64,000 nucleotides of DNA, taken from positions 1 to 64,000 of IMG/VR virus record IMGVR_UViG_3300005323_000042; one strand, written 5' to 3'. Made by a program: the position numbers and the translations under genes. The notes under the pieces are model-generated. The model searched no databases and had not been told where the DNA came from. It was given only the letters and a program-made list of their open reading frames with translations. Of the stretch, positions 1-10,844 are shown piece after piece. This DNA comes from a virus (Duplodnaviria > Caudoviricetes). The stretch's first letter is position 1; every line of letters begins with the position of its first letter.

Positions 1-3000
1 GAATCGCCAGTTGAGTTGGTGTATTGTATTGTTCCGTAAGTAGTACCACTGTTATTAATGATTTGGAATTTGTTTACTCCAGACGCGCTCGAGATGAGCA
101 CCATGCGATTGATACCGTTAAGATACAGCCAGTTGTCTGTGCTAGATGTGCCAGAACCTTTAATTGTTAGTGCACCATTATAACTGTTATAGAAAGAAAT
201 ATCATTCGACGATTGACTAAGAACTATTTTTTGTCCGGTCACATCAGAAGTTTGTATTATCCCACCAGTAATTTTAGAAGTTGAATTACTAACAGCTGTT
301 AAGGATGTATCAGTAAAATACCAGCCGGCAATTCTTTTTACTGCAGAAGAAATAAGAAAATATAGTTTTGAATTAACAGTATCGTAGTACTGCATTCCAA
401 AAGTTCCTATTCCTGTTCCTCTTGAAATCTTACCCATTTCAAAAAAGTCACCGTCACCATTATCATAAGATGCTTCAAATCTTGGATTAGTTCCAGCATC
501 TAAAAGAACTGAATAATTTCCACTTCTTTTGGTTATAGTAGTTGTGGTAACTTCCCAGGATGCTATTGAATTAGTAGTTCCAAAAGAAGCTATTAAAGCA
601 TTCCTTGAATTATATATTTGCAAATCAACATCATTCCATTGCATTCTTGACGCACCAACATTACCAACTCTAAACCTTGTTGTTGCAGTAGATGATAGCC
701 ATACTCCGTTACCTGTAGTATAGGCAGAAGCTGTTAACCCTATACTTCCTGTTGTACTGGCTTGAAGGGCAAAAGTATCAGATTTAATATCTAATGTTGT
801 TCCACTTCTTCTTATATAATTAGTTGAACTACCATACGATAAAAATCCTCCATCATTATCAATTACTGTACCAACGGAAGTTCCTGCTACAGTAAGAGTA
901 GAAGCGCTAGTTCCTAAGGCTATTTTTGTTGTATCGATATATAATGTGGTACTACCTTTTAAAATAAAAGAAGTAATATTTATATCAACAACTCCATTAT
1001 AAGTAACTTTTATATAATCAGATCCGGATGCATTCCCCTTTACTAATACATTACCTAATGAATCAGCTCTGAATCCTGAATTAGTAGTAGCAGTAGTTGT
1101 CGCATCAGCAAGGGATCCTGCAACCATAGCACCTTTGAAATAACCTACCCCCGATGAATCAAGGCTTATCATTGTAGTGTCAGATCCGCCAGCACTTCTA
1201 CTAATCAGACTAATCGCTCCGCTGGCTAATTCTATTCTACTTTTAGAATTTGCTAAAAATCCAAGAATCAATTTACCATCAGAAGGGTCAAAATTAAAAC
1301 TAACCCCCGTGGTCATATTAGTGCCAAGTTTAAAATATCCTTCAGCAGCTAAAGAAACTGTCTGTATACCAGAGGAAAATAAATTTATTGGTACATTATT
1401 TAATTTAATAGAATTATTTGAAGCAATAATAAAAGAATTTGTATCTGCTACTCCTCCGTCACCAGCATAAAATCCATAATCATTCGATACACTAGTTAAT
1501 CCTGTTAATCTACCACTTCTTGTTCTAACTATTTGAGTTGCAGGAGTGGAAGCCCACGTTGTAACTTGGGTATAAGGAGAATAGGCTCCATTACCACCAG
1601 ATCCGTCAACAGTTGTTGATTCTATAATTCCACTATTAGCCACTCCGTAATCAAGTACCAGTGTTCCAGCATTAATTGTTCCACTACTTAATCCAGCTGT
1701 TCTTGTAAAATTATATCTTTGAGTTTTTGTAGCTGAATCAAATCCACTTGTTCCATAAGTTGTATCAAGAGTTACTGTTCCCCATAAATCTTCTACTACC
1801 AAAGTTCCCGTCGACCTTGTAAAGATTCTCAACCTGACATAATCATTATCAGCGAATACTGCTACTACTGGGGATCCCTCGAATGATTCAACAATTATCT
1901 TTGTATCGGTTCCTATAATAAAATTAGCGTACAACTTAGCACAAGATTTTGATATTATTTGTGAACCCGCTAGTGCCTGTTCCATATCAGCAATGAAAGA
2001 TTGAACATGTAATTCGGTAGCAAATACCGATCTGAAATCAGCATCTCCGGTGGTACTTATTCCCCATGCCGTGGTACGACTAACATAATCTGAGGTCTTT
2101 AACATTCTTGATGTTATTACAACCGAAGTTCCATCATCTTTAACAGCTGAATCTGTTAAATAACTTGAACTCCATTTTGGAAATACATTATCAGCTCCAG
2201 CCAATGTTGTGAATGCTGTAGTGCTACCTGGGCTAACAACAACCCCTTTTGTTAAAGTAGTTGCTCCTGTACCGCCATTTCCTACTCCAAGAGTCCCTGT
2301 TATATGGGTAGTTAATCCTATTTTACCCCAAGAAGGAGCAGTACTTACTCCACCCGATATTAAAGCATTTCCTGTAACTACATCAGATAATTTTGATAAT
2401 GCAGAAGATGAAGTCGCGTATAAAATATCTCCTATTGAATATGATGTTTGACCAGTACCACCATGATCGGCAGCTATCTCAACCCCATGCCAACTACCAG
2501 AAGTTATCGTTCCTACTGTTACAATATTACTTGACCCAGCCCATGTTGATAATGCAGTATTTTCAACATTGTTTATTGATAATAAAGTCCTTACTGTATT
2601 AACTGATAATACTTCCACATTACCAGTCCCAACTGTATCCCTTCCGAGTATGCTATCGGTAGTTATTTGTGCCATCATTGAAAGAGAAACCTTATTAGTT
2701 CCTATTGCAGTAGTAATAGAATTAGTTCCACTTCCAGAAATATCGCCGCTAAGAGTAATAGTATCAACACCCCAAACCCCTGCTCCGTCAGTCTTCAAAA
2801 ATCCCGCTGTTCCGGTTAATGCAGCTATACTAGTTAAATCTGCGTCTAATGGTTGATAAATTAAAGATAAAGAAACGTCATTCTGATAAATTGTTGTTGC
2901 GTTAAATGTTCCATTTATGTCAGTTTTATACCCTCTGCTTACTCTTCCTATCCCAACGTCTCCTGAAGTTGATAAAGTTACAACAGTTCCAACTGTTGTA

Positions 3001-4793
3001 AAGAAGCTTAATTCAGTATCCCCGGCATTTGGTGTATTAGTTCTTGTGCCTCTCATTCCTGCATAACTAGCACCTTCAGTTGTTGTTGGCCTGAATCCAA
3101 CCTCATAAGAACTGGCTGTTGTTGCATTACCTCTTATCTGTATTCCTGAGCTTGGAGCAGCAACTACCTCTAATGGAAATCCTGGCGCTGTCGTCCCAAT
3201 GCCGACGTTGCCATTCTGAAGAATATTTAGTCCATTTGTATTTGTTCCATTCATATTACCAACACTTAAATAAGCACTGGCAGCAGTTGCATTATAATTC
3301 CATTGCAATCCACCATAAAAAGAATTACTTTGTCCAAAAAGAAATCTTGAATTACTATTACTACTTCCAACTACAAAATCTGCTTTTGAAGGTGTGTATG
3401 AGAAAGCATCGCCAACTTGAATGGAGGCGGTTGTTCCAACAATTGTTAGACTGTGTGATGGTGTCGTGGTGCCGATACCAATCTTATGGTTAATACTATC
3501 CACAAAGAAAGTATTTGTATCCACAGTTAAAGAATGCATACCTATATCCACATTAGAAGTGGCTCCAGTATAGGGGATTACGCTATCAGCAAAAGCTACT
3601 TGTTTAGTTCCTCCTGCTGAATCGTAAATTGAGATTAACATATCACCCCCACCTGGAATATTTTCCCAACTAGCAACAGACCCATCCGTTCTTAGGAATT
3701 TACCATTATTTCCTGATTGATTTGGAAAATCAGAAATTGTTGACAAAGTCTGATTGTGGGATGGCAGTGTTACATTTTGTAACAATCTTCCTGAAGTTAT
3801 TACTTCCGTTCCACTTATTGATAAACTAGTTGAATTTAACGTTCCGGTAACTACTGGCCCATTAAAATATCCAGCATATTTATAAATAGTCCCTTGCCCG
3901 CCAGCGGCCGCGCCATAAACACCAATAGAATATAATCCGCCAGTACTTTTTCCATACACACCTATTGAATGACCATAATTAGTATCACCATCGTACATCT
4001 GAGCATTTCCTCGGATGCCAATCATATAATAATCATTCGCTATCTGCGTGGTGTTTATCGCTTCCGATAGTAAACCAAGAGTTTGTGTGGTTGTCGGAGT
4101 TCTTGTAGCTTTAACATATATTGTATTAGAATTTCCTGAACTTCTAAATTCATTAACATTTAAGCTTGAAATAACACTAAAATTATTAGCGTCAGTTGAA
4201 GCATAAATCACACCGTTATTAACCACAATTCCTGGCTCGTATGCTTGCCCTACTTCATTAGCTATTCTAACTGTTGGTACTGATTCATCGTATAATACAA
4301 ATTGACCGTCGTTATCTGTATTTATTTCTACTCTTGTGGTACCGGTTGATGTTTTTATCGTACCACCAATAAAAGTGGAACCCTTTATAGACCCACCGAC
4401 CACAGTAAACGAAGGGGTATTGCCGCCCAAAAGTTTAAACCCATTAACAGATTCATCTTCCTGCCAGCCATATGATATTATAATACCTGGAACAGAAGCA
4501 TCTCCCATCTCCAACGTATTCTTAATATAACTGTAATCAGTAATTAATGTGCCGGTGGCTATTGAATTATAACTTGAACCGATACATAACCAATCTGTTG
4601 ATGGTGTACTCCATGTAGAAAGTCCGGATTTGGCTATATTATTTGTTATATAATAACTATTGGAGTATTGAACTATGTCTTTTCGCCAGTTAGTACAATA
4701 ATATATTGTTCCAGAAGAATATACACCTCTAAATGGACATATTAGTCCATCAATCAGAGGTGTCTCGATTATATTTATAAATCCTGTAGACAT
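1..4793 (-). CDS. Very long tail fibre / receptor-binding protein, >1597 aa, 3' end runs off the window (absent from ORF track)
   Basis: Translated by hand from ATG at 4793 (MSTGFINIIETPLIDG...) with no stop down to position 3. Gly/Ser/Thr-rich with fibre-type motifs KIGIGTTTP, GNVGIGTTAP, HGGTGQTSYSIGDILYA, GNGGTGATTL. Last gene of the baseplate/fibre block. Confidence 0.8.
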   Translation of the reverse strand, partial: MSTGFINIIETPLIDGLICPFRGVYSSGTIYYCTNWRKDIVQYSNSYYITNNIAKSGLSTWSTPSTDWLCIGSSYNSIATGTLITDYSYIKNTLEMGDASVPGIIISYGWQEDESVNGFKLLGGNTPSFTVVGGSIKGSTFIGGTIKTSTGTTRVEINTDNDGQFVLYDESVPTVRIANEVGQAYEPGIVVNNGVIYASTDANNFSVISSLNVNEFRSSGNSNTIYVKATRTPTTTQTLGLLSEAINTTQIANDYYMIGIRGNAQMYDGDTNYGHSIGVYGKSTGGLYSIGVYGAAAGGQGTIYKYAGYFNGPVVTGTLNSTSLSISGTEVITSGRLLQNVTLPSHNQTLSTISDFPNQSGNNGKFLRTDGSVASWENIPGGGDMLISIYDSAGGTKQVAFADSVIPYTGATSNVDIGMHSLTVDTNTFFVDSINHKIGIGTTTPSHSLTIVGTTASIQVGDAFSYTPSKADFVVGSSNSNSRFLFGQSNSFYGGLQWNYNATAASAYLSVGNMNGTNTNGLNILQNGNVGIGTTAPGFPLEVVAAPSSGIQIRGNATTASSYEVGFRPTTTEGASYAGMRGTRTNTPNAGDTELSFFTTVGTVVTLSTSGDVGIGRVSRGYKTDINGTFNATTIYQNDVSLSLIYQPLDADLTSIAALTGTAGFLKTDGAGVWGVDTITLSGDISGSGTNSITTAIGTNKVSLSMMAQITTDSILGRDTVGTGNVEVLSVNTVRTLLSINNVENTALSTWAGSSNIVTVGTITSGSWHGVEIAADHGGTGQTSYSIGDILYATSSSALSKLSDVVTGNALISGGVSTAPSWGKIGLTTHITGTLGVGNGGTGATTLTKGVVVSPGSTTAFTTLAGADNVFPKWSSSYLTDSAVKDDGTSVVITSRMLKTSDYVSRTTAWGISTTGDADFRSVFATELHVQSFIADMEQALAGSQIISKSCAKLYANFIIGTDTKIIVESFEGSPVVAVFADNDYVRLRIFTRSTGTLVVEDLWGTVTLDTTYGTSGFDSATKTQRYNFTRTAGLSSGTINAGTLVLDYGVANSGIIESTTVDGSGGNGAYSPYTQVTTWASTPATQIVRTRSGRLTGLTSVSNDYGFYAGDGGVADTNSFIIASNNSIKLNNVPINLFSSGIQTVSLAAEGYFKLGTNMTTGVSFNFDPSDGKLILGFLANSKSRIELASGAISLISRSAGGSDTTMISLDSSGVGYFKGAMVAGSLADATTTATTNSGFRADSLGNVLVKGNASGSDYIKVTYNGVVDINITSFILKGSTTLYIDTTKIALGTSASTLTVAGTSVGTVIDNDGGFLSYGSSTNYIRRSGTTLDIKSDTFALQASTTGSIGLTASAYTTGNGVWLSSTATTRFRVGNVGASRMQWNDVDLQIYNSRNALIASFGTTNSIASWEVTTTTITKRSGNYSVLLDAGTNPRFEASYDNGDGDFFEMGKISRGTGIGTFGMQYYDTVNSKLYFLISSAVKRIAGWYFTDTSLTAVSNSTSKITGGIIQTSDVTGQKIVLSQSSNDISFYNSYNGALTIKGSGTSSTDNWLYLNGINRMVLISSASGVNKFQIINNSGTTYGTIQYTNSTGD

Positions 4794-4802
4794 ATTTTCC
4801 TA

Positions 4803-5726
4803 TTAATATTGTAGGAAAGGAATTCTTGTACTAGTTATTACAGTGGGTGCACTAGGAAATGGGGCCTTACATGCAACATAAAAGGCAACTTTCTTGTTTT
4901 TAGGACAATCAATTTCTATGAATGTATTTTGGGTTTCCCCGACAACATACCAGGTGCCATTTGCAGCGTCTACTTCAGGTTGTACAGGATATTCATTGGT
5001 TGGTCCAGCTAATACGGCGATATAAATATAAACAACATAACCTTCAATGGTTCTCCATTGTTTTCCGGATATGAATCTTTGAATGCCATCGGCAAAAGGA
5101 TGGTTGGTGATAGTACCTTTTACCTTCATATTGTCCCATTCGAGTCTTATAATGCCATTATTAGGTATATGGGCAGGCGCATTGTAATTCCCGCCTTCAG
5201 TAATATTAGCATTGGTTGCCTTAAGATTCAAAACTGCAGGATGTTGAACAAGATCATCTCTACCATTAAATATACAACTATCTTCAAGATAACCAGCACC
5301 AGATGGTGTTGCGACTCCTATTGTTTTACCAGTGACAAGATCATAGGCTTTTTCGCCATCTATATTTAAAAAATACGCTCTAAAATCATGTGTAATTCCA
5401 TTATCATCAAATTGCATATCCTTTACAAAAAACTGACCAGAATTATCCGATCCTGTCCATGATACAGAAAACGCAGGCAATATACGCCATGTGCTTTCAG
5501 AATTCTTTTTTGTTTCAATAATAACAGAACTGATTGTACCTTCTGTTATATCTACATTCGTAATATCTATTTGGGCAATAGAAATAATTCGTTTGCCAGA
5601 ATAATCTATTTCTTCTGACACCTCCATAGTACAATCTGCAAAACTATTTATTTTTGCTATTGCAACACCGGGTTCCGGTATTTGAAACATTCCTACAAAT
5701 GCATCAGTAGTATTGAATGTGGGCAT
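4803..5726 (-). CDS. Putative tail-tip/fibre-attachment protein, paralog 4 of a tandem quartet (307 aa)
   Basis: Shares IDxxG...ITN segment and C-terminal GYVVY...GTWY...KVAFYV segment with the three upstream ORFs; lies between baseplate and fibre genes. Confidence 0.55.
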   Translation of the reverse strand: MPTFNTTDAFVGMFQIPEPGVAIAKINSFADCTMEVSEEIDYSGKRIISIAQIDITNVDITEGTISSVIIETKKNSESTWRILPAFSVSWTGSDNSGQFFVKDMQFDDNGITHDFRAYFLNIDGEKAYDLVTGKTIGVATPSGAGYLEDSCIFNGRDDLVQHPAVLNLKATNANITEGGNYNAPAHIPNNGIIRLEWDNMKVKGTITNHPFADGIQRFISGKQWRTIEGYVVYIYIAVLAGPTNEYPVQPEVDAANGTWYVVGETQNTFIEIDCPKNKKVAFYVACKAPFPSAPTVITSTRIPFLQY

Positions 5727-5738
5727 AACTATCTCCTT

Positions 5739-7007
5739 TTAATAAACTAGAAAATTCTTTGATATTTTACTTTCTTTAGGTGTTCTTATTTTAAAACCAA
5801 CCCACAGGCCTACCCATTTGCTTGCGGGACACCTGATTTCCGCGATATTTGAAGCAAACTCGTCGACATAATACCATAACTCACCTGTACCAGGATAAAG
5901 ATTGATAGGTTGTTCATCTGTATCTGCGGTATACATATAAACAACATATCCGGTTATAAACTGGACCTGTTCATATGTTAATAATTTTGTTGAACCATCA
6001 AAACCACTTACAACCAATACTCCACTTGGTGCAAAATAATTTTTATCCTGTAAACGAAAATCAAGCCACTTAATCTTTACAAATGAACTTTCGGTTTTTC
6101 CACCTTCTGTCCCGTTAATCAATCGCGCATTATATACGCCATAATATTCTTCGAAATCTTCGATGCCATCAAAAGAAATATTGTATTTATCTATAACGAC
6201 TTCAGTATTGTCTTTATCTTTTCCATAATTAAGATCAGCACCAATAAATTTAAATCTGAAATCATAACAACTTGGTTTATCATATAGAGGTAATTCCTGA
6301 CGGAACGCATAAACCAAAACATCTGGTTTGATATCTACTTTCAGATCTGCCAGAAGTATTAGCTTTTCGAGTCTTATAGTTTCAATTTCTTCTGGAGTTT
6401 CTGTAGTAAATTCTTGATACTTCATATATGAAATAGACAGATAAGCAATCGTGCCGGTTTTTATATTGATGTCCTTAAGCGCAATTCTTACAGTGGTCAT
6501 CTCGTTATTGTTGACGTCTATTCTTCTGTCGTCTGCAGTATCGCCTTCAAGTATCTGTATTGTCGGCAAAGTATTAAATACAAGTGGTTTGACTTCTATA
6601 ATACGAATTAACGTTTGCTCATCGACGGCAATATAATTTCTGTTGTTCTCTTTATCTGAACGAGAGGCATATAATTCTACTCTGAAAATAATTGCCTTAA
6701 TACCCACAACTGTACCATCAATAGTAGTTGGAATAAAAATCTGCGGATCAATATTTATTGATGGACCTTCATCTGTAAGTACGATATCTTCAGTCGAATT
6801 GTCGGTATATATATATTGAAGTTTCCATTTGAATATATAATTATCAAGATAATCTGATGCCGGAGTTACTGCAGATACAGTAAATATATCTTTTGGCGAT
6901 ATCAGATTATTACTACTGTCCAGGGCAACGTAATCAACAGGTATAAGTATTTTTACAGTTGTCGCGTTGCCACTTACATAATATAAACCAGTATATGAGT
7001 TATCCAA
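5739..7007 (-). CDS. Putative tail-tip/fibre-attachment protein, paralog 3 (422 aa, TTG start)
   Basis: C-terminal GYVVYMY...NLYP...WYYV...KWVGLWVGFK motif shared with neighbours; AAGGAAAGGG upstream of start. Confidence 0.55.
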   Translation of the reverse strand: MDNSYTGLYYVSGNATTVKILIPVDYVALDSSNNLISPKDIFTVSAVTPASDYLDNYIFKWKLQYIYTDNSTEDIVLTDEGPSINIDPQIFIPTTIDGTVVGIKAIIFRVELYASRSDKENNRNYIAVDEQTLIRIIEVKPLVFNTLPTIQILEGDTADDRRIDVNNNEMTTVRIALKDINIKTGTIAYLSISYMKYQEFTTETPEEIETIRLEKLILLADLKVDIKPDVLVYAFRQELPLYDKPSCYDFRFKFIGADLNYGKDKDNTEVVIDKYNISFDGIEDFEEYYGVYNARLINGTEGGKTESSFVKIKWLDFRLQDKNYFAPSGVLVVSGFDGSTKLLTYEQVQFITGYVVYMYTADTDEQPINLYPGTGELWYYVDEFASNIAEIRCPASKWVGLWVGFKIRTPKESKISKNFLVY

Positions 7008-7018
7008 TTTCCCTTTCC

Positions 7019-8284
7019 TTATTCGGTTTGTGCAGTGCCACCTACAGTGATGCCGCCCGTAGACCTAAATAATGTTTTGCCAGTCTTATCAGTCGGCATT
7101 ATATCATTTGTAATAGTTGTGTTTGATATTCTTTTTGTCATTGCCCCAACCCAGAAACCAACATATTTTGCTTCCGGCAGATTATATAAGTCAACTATAA
7201 TTTTTGGACGTTTATTATATGGCATCTTGATTGCGGGTACTTCTTTTATTCTGTACCATATTCCATTTGGTTCGGCAGGATCTGGATACAGATTAACTGG
7301 ATCTTCGCCAGACTTCGATATAAACAGCATAATTACATAATAATCGGTTGCATTTGCCTGTAACTTTGATATCTCAGTAACAGTCCCATCACAGTATGTA
7401 GTGGTGAATGAAGGATGTTCAATTATATTATCAAACTGGATTCTTGTACTATTGCCACTTAAGATTTTATTTGCATCATCCTCACTGCTCCACGTACCTT
7501 TAAGAACTTCTGCGGTAACATTCGGAACACCAAAAATTTCCTTATAGTCGGTTATCCCATTAAAGATTTCGCCCTTCCCATCAAGACCAAATCCATAAAG
7601 ATAATTAGTCTTAGCAAAACGTACTTTTGCAACATCAGTAGGATAATAACTTCCTATGAACGGAACATCTGATACAATGGTCAAAGATGCAGTTTTATTG
7701 GCACATATAGGAATAGAACCGGCAGATATAACGGTGTCTGATGAATTGAGTAACTCAACAGAAAAACCGGTTATTTCATTTTCAATAAAAAACGGTGCCG
7801 GATTTGTTGTAATTGTTATCTCTCTCTTTGACATTGCAGCAGTATAATTGCTACCCATCTCATAATAACATTGTGCGATTTCATTATCTGAAGTCAGAAA
7901 TGTAAATCTGAACTTATGATAATAACCGTTTGCATTGGTCGGTATATTTTTAACAATAAAACTTATACTATTATCATTGCCGGTTATACCCTCAACTGAC
8001 AACAATAGCGTATCAAGTGCCTGCCATCTGGCAGGTACATAAGTATATGGAGTCAGATATGTTGTTTCGTCTTCGAAATAAGCAAGGTCAACCCTTACCG
8101 AACAAATACACTTGGAAGAACTACTATCTATATCAAGATTAGTAATACTAACTTTTGCATTTGTAAGAGAACGATATTCACCGCTACTATCGATTTGTTC
8201 TTCAATCTGAAGATTACAACGTCTTATTAACGCAGCACTTGAATATGCGGGCCCTTTTACTAAACCAATAAATCCGTCTTTCAT
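7019..8284 (-). CDS. Putative tail-tip/fibre-attachment protein, paralog 2 (421 aa)
   Basis: IDSSGEYRSLTNAKVSITNLDI and NLYPDP...GIWY...KYVGFWVG motifs shared with neighbours; ATGA overlap with upstream gene. Confidence 0.55.
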   Translation of the reverse strand: MKDGFIGLVKGPAYSSAALIRRCNLQIEEQIDSSGEYRSLTNAKVSITNLDIDSSSSKCICSVRVDLAYFEDETTYLTPYTYVPARWQALDTLLLSVEGITGNDNSISFIVKNIPTNANGYYHKFRFTFLTSDNEIAQCYYEMGSNYTAAMSKREITITTNPAPFFIENEITGFSVELLNSSDTVISAGSIPICANKTASLTIVSDVPFIGSYYPTDVAKVRFAKTNYLYGFGLDGKGEIFNGITDYKEIFGVPNVTAEVLKGTWSSEDDANKILSGNSTRIQFDNIIEHPSFTTTYCDGTVTEISKLQANATDYYVIMLFISKSGEDPVNLYPDPAEPNGIWYRIKEVPAIKMPYNKRPKIIVDLYNLPEAKYVGFWVGAMTKRISNTTITNDIMPTDKTGKTLFRSTGGITVGGTAQTE

Positions 8285-9261
8285 ATATTCAGATTAAGTT
8301 TAAATCCAACCCACAAGCCGATTACTTGTCCGACCTCAACATTCAGGGTAAGTTTGTTGTCGTATTGTTTGCCGAGCGGTATCCATCGTCCGTTTAAATC
8401 TGCTTTCTGAGGAACATCTGAAATAGAAAGATCAAGATTACCTGGTTTCAAACCGGCAGGCGTCAGACTGTTTTCAGATATAAACATATATGGCAGATAA
8501 TATTCGAAACGTTGTATATGGGCAAACTTTAATTTGTGTTTTTCATTATAGGTGTCACAGAAATACTCGCCTTCGAATAATGCATCCCATTGCTTTTGTG
8601 ATTGAATGGTCCATAAATCAAACCATTCAACATTAAATTTATTACTTGTTAATTCGACAACCGTGCCATAACCCTTATTATCAACATCAACCACATCAAT
8701 AGAATCGGTGGATATAAGACTTTTTACTTCAAAGATATCATGGGGCAAGTGCATGCCATGACACGGTAGTTTTTCAACGTAACTGATAATTGGCAAGTCA
8801 TTAATCAATGCAGGGGTATTGTCGGCATTGACATAAATTGCATAAAAATTATAATAAGTTATCGGTTTATTTTCTATCTCAATTGTTGTTTCAAAACTAA
8901 TTGCATTATTTATTCCAAATAGCGGAATCTCTATTAATGTTTTTTTTGTCTGTAGCCATTGGATTGTAGGAGTCTGTGAAAGACGAATTGTATTAGCATA
9001 AACAACTTCATAATAGACAACTATCCTTGCAAGGGAACCAACAGATTCCTGAAGATTGGTAAAATCAAATCTTACAGTTGTTATCTCATCACCCTTGGAA
9101 TCAATGTATACTTTTTCCGGCAATTCGATTACGTCCATAACCGGTAGGTTTGCAAAAGAAACAATATCACTTCCCGATAAGTCTATGCCATAAATACCTT
9201 GGCGTTTCTTATCCGTACTGGATATAAGTTTTTCTGCCTGATATGTAACTTTTTTAGCCAT
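8281..9261 (-). CDS. Putative tail-tip/fibre-attachment protein, paralog 1 (326 aa)
   Basis: IDSKGDEITTVRFDFTNL and NGRWIPL...VIGLWVGFK motifs shared with neighbours. Confidence 0.55.
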   Translation of the reverse strand: MAKKVTYQAEKLISSTDKKRQGIYGIDLSGSDIVSFANLPVMDVIELPEKVYIDSKGDEITTVRFDFTNLQESVGSLARIVVYYEVVYANTIRLSQTPTIQWLQTKKTLIEIPLFGINNAISFETTIEIENKPITYYNFYAIYVNADNTPALINDLPIISYVEKLPCHGMHLPHDIFEVKSLISTDSIDVVDVDNKGYGTVVELTSNKFNVEWFDLWTIQSQKQWDALFEGEYFCDTYNEKHKLKFAHIQRFEYYLPYMFISENSLTPAGLKPGNLDLSISDVPQKADLNGRWIPLGKQYDNKLTLNVEVGQVIGLWVGFKLNLNI

Positions 9262-9878
9262 TAATTCTCAATCGCCGGGGCAGAATAATATGTGACGATA
9301 GGAAATACGCCGAGAGCAGTATATTTCCTAATAATACTTTTTAACTGTTCTTCGTTTACTTCTGTAAGAAGTGTATCTGGGCATTCAATCATTATTGAAG
9401 CGACTGCACCGGTAGGCCTGCCATCATAGTGACCTCTGTCTGCACAACTATAGGCGGTCGTTCTGTTTTTGTCTGTTTCAAAGAATATATCATTGAATCC
9501 GCCGCCAGACACTCTGGCATCTATGATATTGTCATCTACATCAACCATGACTATTGGAATACTGTTCTGATCAACAACAGTATCTGATTTTATATCAAGC
9601 AATTTGGTATTGCTATAAATAGAAACATCAGACGACAGTGTCTTTCTTATAATGCTTTTTGATTTGCCTGCACATTGATAATATGCGGGTGTATCCGCAA
9701 TAGCAGATGTCATTTTATTCAGATGTAATCCTTTCAGATTTTCATATAAGGCATAATCAGACAGCGTTTCATAGGAGAACGGGAATGTCTTACTTAAAAT
9801 ATTTCCTATACGCCATTGAGAATTACGGAAACTGTCAAGCAGCATTGATATATTTGTTAGAATTGTCTGTGTATTCAT
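9261..9878 (-). CDS. Hypothetical baseplate-region protein (205 aa)
   Basis: Full-length ORF in the baseplate block; C-terminal IIRKYTALGVFPIVTY resembles wedge-protein C-termini, but weakly. Confidence 0.45.
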   Translation of the reverse strand: MNTQTILTNISMLLDSFRNSQWRIGNILSKTFPFSYETLSDYALYENLKGLHLNKMTSAIADTPAYYQCAGKSKSIIRKTLSSDVSIYSNTKLLDIKSDTVVDQNSIPIVMVDVDDNIIDARVSGGGFNDIFFETDKNRTTAYSCADRGHYDGRPTGAVASIMIECPDTLLTEVNEEQLKSIIRKYTALGVFPIVTYYSAPAIEN

Positions 9879-9921
9879 AGTGATATAAATTATTGTGCAA
9901 TAAATGGACAGATAAATGCAA
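9879..9921 (-). promoter_or_regulatory. Putative sigma70-like promoter (TTGCAT-N18-CACAAT)
   Basis: In a 76-nt intergenic gap; imperfect -35/-10; spacer shares TCTGT(T)CCA..TTGCA with the element at 38861..38910. Confidence 0.3.
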
Positions 9922-9954
9922 GATCAAGAAACAAATCCGACGAATTGATTTCAC

Positions 9955-10824
9955 TTATTTATCAAAGGTTAATAGTAGAAAATTGTCACTTAAAACAGAA
10001 ACATTTGTAAACTGGGAACAACCAAAAACAGTATTCTTTGGCTTATAAACCACAAGAGGAGCTACGGTATATGTTGCAGTTACCGATGTGGCACTTGTAA
10101 GAATGGCGCCCAATGCAAGATCTGTTATACTACCAGCTGGCAAGGAAACGTTTACACTTGACAGGGGAAACTCAGGGAAAAGGAACAAATTGCCTGCATT
10201 GGTCGTTTTGTAACCGGTTAACGTGACTGTCCTTGATGAGGTATCGTTATTTTTATTTAATATGACAGTGTAAGTTCCGTTGGATATAGTAAATTTAAAA
10301 TGATAGTTATTGTTGTCCAACTGAGACACTGGAGTATAGGTGTATCTTATACTTTCACGAGGTATGCCATTTTCACGTTTATATATTTTCACCATAACAG
10401 GAGAAGTTAAATCTGGAGCAACCGGGAACACCAAAGACAATGCTCCAGCTGTAAAAATACATTTTACAGATTCAGAAGGAAACAGATAATCTTCAAGACT
10501 ATTGCAATAAAAACCACCAGCATTGAGCATAATGGTTTCATTTGCGCCGATATATTTCAGATCATCTTTACATATATGTCCATTCTGGATAAATTCTGCC
10601 GAAGCTTCACCTGCATCATAAAAAGAAGGTATCACCGAACTTGCCAACTCTTCAGGATCAATAAAAGCATGTTTGCCCCAGGTCCATTGATTGGTAAATT
10701 TCTGTTTAGATCTTGCAATCACAGTATCATCTTCGGCAAGTACTCTCTGTGTACTGGTAAAATTACTTTCAAACAAATCATATAGATTTGAATTGATGAC
10801 GGTCGCTGTTCCTGATATTATCAC
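9955..10824 (-). CDS. Hypothetical baseplate-region structural protein (289 aa, GTG start)
   Basis: AAGGAG SD upstream; beta-rich composition; position among baseplate genes. Confidence 0.5.
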   Translation of the reverse strand: MIISGTATVINSNLYDLFESNFTSTQRVLAEDDTVIARSKQKFTNQWTWGKHAFIDPEELASSVIPSFYDAGEASAEFIQNGHICKDDLKYIGANETIMLNAGGFYCNSLEDYLFPSESVKCIFTAGALSLVFPVAPDLTSPVMVKIYKRENGIPRESIRYTYTPVSQLDNNNYHFKFTISNGTYTVILNKNNDTSSRTVTLTGYKTTNAGNLFLFPEFPLSSVNVSLPAGSITDLALGAILTSATSVTATYTVAPLVVYKPKNTVFGCSQFTNVSVLSDNFLLLTFDK

Positions 10825-10844
10825 TTAATCTCCTTAGAAGAACC

